Positions 27,496 through 32,000 of a stretch of DNA of 32,000 nt are shown piece by piece. Under the pieces are notes generated by a model. The model worked only from the letters and a program-made list of their open reading frames with translations, did not search any database and was not told where the DNA came from. Every line of letters starts with the position of its first letter. The first letter of the stretch is position 1. The DNA is from Pseudodesulfovibrio mercurii (GTDB lineage Bacteria > Desulfobacterota > Desulfovibrionia > Desulfovibrionales > Desulfovibrionaceae), in the NCBI RefSeq assembly GCF_000189295.2, contig NC_016803.1:3480001-3512000 (forward strand). The letters are read 5' to 3'. The translations under genes were made by a program, and so were the position numbers.

Positions 27496-28825
27496 GGCGG
27501 AAGATCAGGGTATCGGACTGCCCGCCGTGGGGCAGCATGAGCACGGGCCGGAAGCCGCATTGCTTCAGGGGGCCGCCCAGGGCGGCGTGCCAGCCTTTGG
27601 CCAGATCGATCTCGAACAGGATGTTTCGGTAGCCCGAGGACGAAAGGCTCGCCACGTGCCGGGCCAGGTTGTCGCCGATGTCCGCCCCGTTGAGCTCCGG
27701 GTGCAGGAAGGCTTCGCTCAGGCCCGGGGTGAGACACGCGCCGATTACCGAGGCGTCCGGGATTGTTTCGCCGAAATCGTGCACCGGTCGCAGGTCGCGT
27801 ACCATCTCAAGGGAATCGTAGCGGCCGCGAAGAAAGTCCGCGAAGTCCTCATGCGCCCAGACCGCCGCGCCGAAATCCTCCTGGAGCATGCGGCCCCATA
27901 CGGAGTGCGTCACCGGATCAGGCGAGTCGGTGAGCCGGTACGGCAGGTTGGCCAGCAACTCGAAGCCGTGGTCCGACAGCGGCAGCGTGGACAGGCTGCT
28001 GAACACGTTTTTGGCCCGGCTTCGTCCCACTGTCTGCAGCAGGGCGTTGGTCAGTCCATCGGCCACGGAGCCGTCCGTGGAGAAATCGTAGGGCCCGAAA
28101 AACGTGACGCTCTGTTCGGAACGCATTTTCCAGAAAATGATCCCGCAGAGGCGACCGGCCGCGTCGCGGGCCTCGGTGGCGAAGAGTTCTCCGCCCCGGA
28201 CAAGGTCTGATGTCCGGCCCGGACTTGCACACCACTCCGGCACCAAATGTCCCGGGTAGAGCCCGGCGAGGGTGCCGCATGCCTCGAACAGCGTGTCCGT
28301 GTCCACGGCCGGGGAAAAGACCGGAGTTCCCTGCACCCGGACCCTCTCCGCCGGGAGCGGCGCGGGTTCGGGATAGACCTTGTCCACCCGCAGGACGATT
28401 TCCATGCGCAGGCCCTCCAGTCCCACCTTAAACCCGTCGGTCATCCGGGAGGCCAGCAGCAGGGGCAGGCAGGTCAGGTCGCACTCCTCGCTTTTCGTAT
28501 CGTGGACATACGTCAGATTCATCGCTGAAAGGTTGACGCCCGACGAGGAGAAGGAGAACCGTATCTCCGCTCCGGTGGCGATGGGACGAAGGGTCGCTTC
28601 GATCTCGCCGGCCTTGGCCGAACTGAGAAACAACAGCAACTCTTCGGAACAATGGGCCAGACGCATGGTCTTGGCCGAGTCCAAGCCGAAAACGGCTCCC
28701 GCCTGTTTGGCCGCCGCCTGCACCAGCCCGGCCCAGGCGGCCTCGGCAGGGAGATGGAGACGGATGCACGGCACGGATGTGTTCACGGAAATACTCGCTG
28801 ATGCAATTGAGAGAACTCGGCGCAC
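27479..28825 (-). CDS. Multi-domain protein: unrecognised N-terminal domain of about 150 aa plus a double GNAT-like module
   Basis: The ORF is 448 aa. Residues of about 170-448 parallel the 327-aa GNAT protein at 22749-23732, for example ...GRLCGIIFWKMR...GPYDF...ADGLTNALLQTV... and the C-terminal LKQCGFRPVLMLPHGGQSDTLIFRH. The start is uncertain: GTG 28825 has no SD, and in-frame GTGs 39 and 51 nt downstream are alternatives. Confidence 0.65.
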   Translation of the reverse strand: MRRVLSIASASISVNTSVPCIRLHLPAEAAWAGLVQAAAKQAGAVFGLDSAKTMRLAHCSEELLLFLSSAKAGEIEATLRPIATGAEIRFSFSSSGVNLSAMNLTYVHDTKSEECDLTCLPLLLASRMTDGFKVGLEGLRMEIVLRVDKVYPEPAPLPAERVRVQGTPVFSPAVDTDTLFEACGTLAGLYPGHLVPEWCASPGRTSDLVRGGELFATEARDAAGRLCGIIFWKMRSEQSVTFFGPYDFSTDGSVADGLTNALLQTVGRSRAKNVFSSLSTLPLSDHGFELLANLPYRLTDSPDPVTHSVWGRMLQEDFGAAVWAHEDFADFLRGRYDSLEMVRDLRPVHDFGETIPDASVIGACLTPGLSEAFLHPELNGADIGDNLARHVASLSSSGYRNILFEIDLAKGWHAALGGPLKQCGFRPVLMLPHGGQSDTLIFRHDPEA

Positions 28826-28925
28826 TTGCCGAACGCCATGACGAAAGGTCCGCCGGAACGGTCATCGCAGGCAGGCTTTGCACCCGAACCCCCGCGAACC
28901 GTGACGGCTGTTGTCAAACGGCGCA

Positions 28926-28954
28926 ACTATGCTTCTTTTCGCTCGGAATGACAA
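28926..28954 (-). promoter_or_regulatory. Possible promoter of the minus-strand five-gene cluster
   Basis: On the minus strand: TTGTCA (plus-strand 28949-28954), a 17-nt spacer, then CATAGT (28926-28931), about 100 nt upstream of GTG 28825. This is a pattern match only. Confidence 0.25.
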
Positions 28955-29195
28955 ATTGTTGTTCACTCCGGAGTGCCGCCCCTTTGGGCCTGGTCCCGCC
29001 GGGCGGCGCAGCGCGTCGGACGACCATGCAAAAGCGCTGGGCGGTCCGGTAACGTGGGCCCTATCGGTCGGTTTGCATCTCCTTCCTGTCTTTTCCCAGA
29101 TCAATGACAATGTCGGTAACCTCGCATCGGGAGTAACCAATAATGCAACGCCGGCAGTCCAGGCGGGGCCCTCCGCAAGTTTCGCTTGACGCCGG

Positions 29196-29230
29196 AAATA
29201 TTGTAGGACAAAGATTGTCGGACAATATTT
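29196..29230. promoter_or_regulatory. Operator-like element: four phased TTGT/ACAA half-sites inside a 35-nt imperfect palindrome
   Basis: The sequence is AAATATTGTaggACAAagaTTGTcggACAATATTT. Half-sites start at 29201, 29208, 29215 and 29222, a 7-nt phase. The outer 9-nt arms are perfectly complementary. The element lies about 80 nt upstream of the ABC permease ATG (29309). Confidence 0.35.
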
Positions 29231-29308
29231 GCCTGTTCGGTCCTTATCCAGTCGAAACCGACTGCAAGGCCGGAACGTATCGCGGCACCAAGGACCAATG
29301 GAATCGAG

Positions 29309-30187
29309 ATGGAAACAAACGACAAGATCATTCCCCTTAGGCATTACGGGCGCTGGGTTTCAGGTGCCATCCTGATCGCCCTCCTTGGCCTCATCGTCAA
29401 CGCATTCATCGTCGGCCAGATCGACTGGCCCGTGGTGGGCAAGTTCTTTTTCTCGCCGGCGCTCATCCGTGGCCTGGGAAATACCATCCTCATCACGGTC
29501 TGTTCCATGATTGTCGGTCTGATTCTGGGCGTTGTCTTTGCCGTCATGCGGCTGTCGAAGAATCCCGTCACTCGTTGGTTTTCCGGGCTGTACATCTGGC
29601 TTTTCCGCGGCACCCCCGTGTATTTGCAATTGCTGATCTGGTTCAATCTGGCACTGATCTTCCCGATCGTGAATCTCGGCTTCGCGGAATACCGGATGGT
29701 GGACGTCATGACGCCGTTCGTTGCCGCTCTTTTCGGCCTCGGCCTCAATGAGGGCGCGTACATGACCGAAATCGTACGGAGCGGCATTCTCTCGGTGGAC
29801 AAGGGGCAGGTCGATGCCGCGACAACCTTGGGGATGACCCGTCTGACGGCCATGCGGCGAATTGTTTTGCCCCAGGCCATGCGGGTCATTGTTCCCCCGG
29901 TGGGGAATGAATTCATAGGTCTTCTCAAGACCTCCTCCATGGCGAGCGCCATAGCCTTTACCGAACTGTTGCATCGGGCGCAGCTTATCTATTTCGTCAA
30001 TGCCAAGGTCATGGAATTGCTCATAGTTGCTACTGGTTGGTACTTGATCGTCGTGACGTTGCTGAGTTTTTTCCAAGTGGGAATCGAGCGCAGATTCAAT
30101 CGTGGGCACTCGTTCTCCGCCCGTCGGAGCCTGTTTGCTGTCTTCAAGTCTAATGTTTTGGGTAAAAAGCAACAGGGGAGAGCCTAG
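29309..30187 (+). CDS. Polar amino-acid ABC transporter permease (HisM/GlnP family)
   Basis: The protein is 292 aa with multiple TM helices. Its EAA-loop region ([30 protein letters not shown]) is typical of His/Glu/Gln/Arg/opine-family permeases. Confidence 0.9.
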   Translation: METNDKIIPLRHYGRWVSGAILIALLGLIVNAFIVGQIDWPVVGKFFFSPALIRGLGNTILITVCSMIVGLILGVVFAVMRLSKNPVTRWFSGLYIWLFRGTPVYLQLLIWFNLALIFPIVNLGFAEYRMVDVMTPFVAALFGLGLNEGAYMTEIVRSGILSVDKGQVDAATTLGMTRLTAMRRIVLPQAMRVIVPPVGNEFIGLLKTSSMASAIAFTELLHRAQLIYFVNAKVMELLIVATGWYLIVVTLLSFFQVGIERRFNRGHSFSARRSLFAVFKSNVLGKKQQGRA

Positions 30188-30189
30188 TC

Positions 30190-30960
30190 ATGCCTCAAAC
30201 CGAACCGATGCTTCGGGCATTGAATGTCCATAAATCCTTTGGCGAACACGAGATTCTCAAAGGAATCACTCTCGAAGTGAACAAGGGCGAGGTCCTGTGC
30301 CTGCTTGGGCCTTCCGGCTCCGGAAAGAGCACGTTTCTTCGTTGCATCAATCACTTGGAAAGGATTAATGCCGGCCGGATTTATGTCGGCGGCGAATTGG
30401 TGGGGATAAACGAGCGCAATGGCCGACTGTACGAGCAGAATGAAAACGAGCTCTGCAGGATGCGCATGAAAATCGGGATGGTTTTTCAGAGTTTCAATCT
30501 CTTCCCGCACATGACCGCACTGGAAAACGTCATGGAAGGCCCGGTTACCGTGTTGAAGAAGGACCCGGAAGAGGTAAGGGCCCGCGCTTACGAGTTGTTG
30601 GAAAAGGTGGGACTCCGCGATTGGGCGGATCGATTTCCCAAACAACTTTCCGGCGGCCAACAGCAACGTGTCGCCATCGCCCGTTCCCTGGCCATGGAGC
30701 CCGAACTCATGCTGTTCGATGAACCGACCAGCGCCTTGGATCCTGAACTGGTGGGGGACGTCCTCAAGGTCATGCGCGACCTTGCCGAAAGCGGCATGAC
30801 CATGGTCGTGGTCACCCACGAGATGGAATTTGCCAAGAACGTGGCGCACAAAGTTGTCTTCATGGACGAGGGCAACGTGTTGGAACAAGGGACCCCGATC
30901 GATATATTCGAGAGCCCCCGGCATGAGCGCACAAAGGCTTTTCTGGGTTCCATCGATTGA
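30190..30960 (+). CDS. Polar amino-acid ABC transporter ATP-binding protein (GlnQ/HisP-like)
   Basis: The protein is 256 aa. It has Walker [10 protein letters not shown], the Q-loop, the ABC signature [13 protein letters not shown] and Walker [12 protein letters not shown]. The SD GGGGAGAG precedes ATG 30190, which lies 3 nt after the permease stop. Confidence 0.95.
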   Translation: MPQTEPMLRALNVHKSFGEHEILKGITLEVNKGEVLCLLGPSGSGKSTFLRCINHLERINAGRIYVGGELVGINERNGRLYEQNENELCRMRMKIGMVFQSFNLFPHMTALENVMEGPVTVLKKDPEEVRARAYELLEKVGLRDWADRFPKQLSGGQQQRVAIARSLAMEPELMLFDEPTSALDPELVGDVLKVMRDLAESGMTMVVVTHEMEFAKNVAHKVVFMDEGNVLEQGTPIDIFESPRHERTKAFLGSID

Positions 30961-31150
30961 TCCCAGCTTCCGGGAGCGAAAAGTGCCCCTCAATTTCGTA
31001 ATAATTACGGCCAATACGGGATCAGGTGTTTGCCGGAAGGCGCAACCCTTCGTGAGGATGAATGGATTGTTGTCCCTTCAGGCCCATGCCTTCTGCCGTA
31101 TTACGTATGAACTGTAACCCATTCCATAAAAGGTGAGAGGAGAGAGAGTC

Positions 31151-31999
31151 TTGAAGAAATTCACCGCCATTGTTCTGTGTTTGCTCGTCTTGGGTCTGGT
31201 CGGGACGGCCTTTGCCGGCGAAAGCCGCGATCTGCTGCCTGACTCCATCAAGGAAAGCGGAAAAATCATTGTCGGCATCAACGGTATTTTCCCGCCCATG
31301 GAATTCAAGGAGCCCGGTACCGATACCCTGGTCGGCATCGATGTGGAGCTGGTCGAGGCCATCGCCAAGGAGTTGGGCGTCAAGATCCAGTACGATGACC
31401 AGCAGTTCGACCAGCTGATCAACTCCATCAACACCAAGCGTGTCGACATGGTCATCTCCGGCATGTCCGACAGCGCTGTCCGCCGTGAGTCCTTGGACTT
31501 CATCGACTACTTCAATTCCGGGACCCAGTGCTTCACCACAAAGGCCCTTGCGGGTGAGATTACCGACCTCGAGGCCCTGGACGGAAAGACCCTGGCCGTT
31601 TCCGCTGCAACGGACTACCTGACCACCATGCAGAAATGGAATGAGGACAACCTGGTTTCCAAGGGCAAGGCGGGCATCAACATCATGGCCGTCGACTCTG
31701 CCGCCTCCGCCCGCATGCAGATGTTGCAGGGCCGCGCTCAGGCCTCCGCTCTGAGCCCCGAGGCGTTGGGCTGGGCCAATGTGCAGCAGAAGGGGGCTTT
31801 TGTGGCCGTCGGACCGCTGCTGGAGTCCAATCCTTACGGCATCGCTTTCAGCAAGAACAACGCCCAGCTGCGTGACGCGGTGTACGCGGCGCTGCAGAAG
31901 GTCTTCGCCGACGGCACCTATATGGCGATCATGAAGAAGTGGGGAGCCGAGTCCGGTGCTCTGACTCAACCGCTGATCAACGGTAAAGCCGTCAATTAG
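31151..31999 (+). CDS. Periplasmic amino-acid-binding protein (family 3 SBP) of the ABC transporter
   Basis: The preferred start is TTG 31151, 8 nt after GGAG (31139-31142). This gives a signal peptide (M)KKFTAIVLCLLVLGLVGTAFA. Blocks such as GINGIFPPMEFK, GIDVELVEAIAKELG and DMVISGMS are typical of polar amino-acid SBPs. The ORF-track GTG 31133 is an alternative start. The stop is TAG 31997-31999. Confidence 0.88.
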   Translation: MKKFTAIVLCLLVLGLVGTAFAGESRDLLPDSIKESGKIIVGINGIFPPMEFKEPGTDTLVGIDVELVEAIAKELGVKIQYDDQQFDQLINSINTKRVDMVISGMSDSAVRRESLDFIDYFNSGTQCFTTKALAGEITDLEALDGKTLAVSAATDYLTTMQKWNEDNLVSKGKAGINIMAVDSAASARMQMLQGRAQASALSPEALGWANVQQKGAFVAVGPLLESNPYGIAFSKNNAQLRDAVYAALQKVFADGTYMAIMKKWGAESGALTQPLINGKAVN

Positions 32000-32000
32000 G

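Noticed and set aside
22542-28210. Plus-strand ORFs antisense to the five-gene cluster (for example 22542-23123, 23196-23900, 24078-24968, 25183-25674, 25735-26214, 26335-27207 and 27296-28210).
   Set aside because: The reasoning is the same. The minus-strand products carry recognisable GNAT, ThiF, PP-loop and aminotransferase motifs, while these antisense products carry none.
28826-29308. A riboswitch or T-box controlling the amino-acid ABC transporter.
   Set aside because: I could not recognise any known riboswitch core (lysine, glycine, glutamine, SAM, etc.) by eye. This needs an Infernal/Rfam scan, and I make no claim.
28862-29344. A 160-aa minus-strand ORF filling the divergent intergenic region. 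Plus-strand ORFs at 28777-29052, 28911-29189 and 29143-29340 are similar.
   Set aside because: It is rich in Cys, Arg and Trp, has no SD and starts inside the ABC permease gene. Its composition is unlike the other proteins here. I treat the region as non-coding.
1-32000. A mobile-element or genomic-island origin for the CRISPR-Cas locus or the enzyme clusters.
   Set aside because: I saw no integrase, transposase, tRNA attachment site, flanking direct repeats or obvious compositional break at the locus borders. The only AT-rich patches are short promoter-like intergenic segments.

Overview
This is a GC-rich chromosomal segment. A Desulfovibrio-like origin is my inference from the composition and the type I-C repeat. 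I saw no integrase, transposase, tRNA or rRNA.

Gene content, left to right:
1. The 3' part of a TtrC/NrfD-type membrane subunit, then a 1025-aa Tat-exported molybdopterin oxidoreductase (TtrA-like).
2. A complete canonical type I-C CRISPR-Cas locus, cas3-cas5-cas8c-cas7-cas4-cas1-cas2 (4085-11473). A 179-nt leader and a very large array follow (11653-18260). I counted 100 copies of GTCGCCCCCCACGCGGGGGCGTGGATTGAAAC and 99 spacers of 33-37 nt by hand.
3. On the minus strand, a four-gene Anbu operon (22438 down to 18362): circularly permuted ATP-grasp, alpha-E, Anbu proteasome-like peptidase and transglutaminase-like protein.
4. Also on the minus strand, an uncharacterised five-gene cluster (28825 down to 22749): a multi-GNAT protein, a HisC-family aminotransferase, a PP-loop ATP pyrophosphatase with a zinc ribbon and a PqqD/RRE-like N-terminal extension, a minimal ThiF/E1-like adenylyltransferase, and a second double-GNAT paralogue.
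5. A divergent polar amino-acid ABC transporter (permease, ATPase, binding protein).

The best candidate for an undescribed system is the PP-loop + E1-like + GNAT + aminotransferase cluster beside the CRISPR and Anbu loci.

The array also carries direct records of adaptation history:
- one spacer pair differs almost only at codon wobble positions;
- two protospacers were acquired twice;
- one repeat has a stem-preserving C/G double insertion.

Most long antisense ORFs, and every ORF inside the array, are GC-richness or repeat-translation artefacts. All homology calls rest on motif recognition by eye; no database search was possible. Spacers were not checked for self-targeting.
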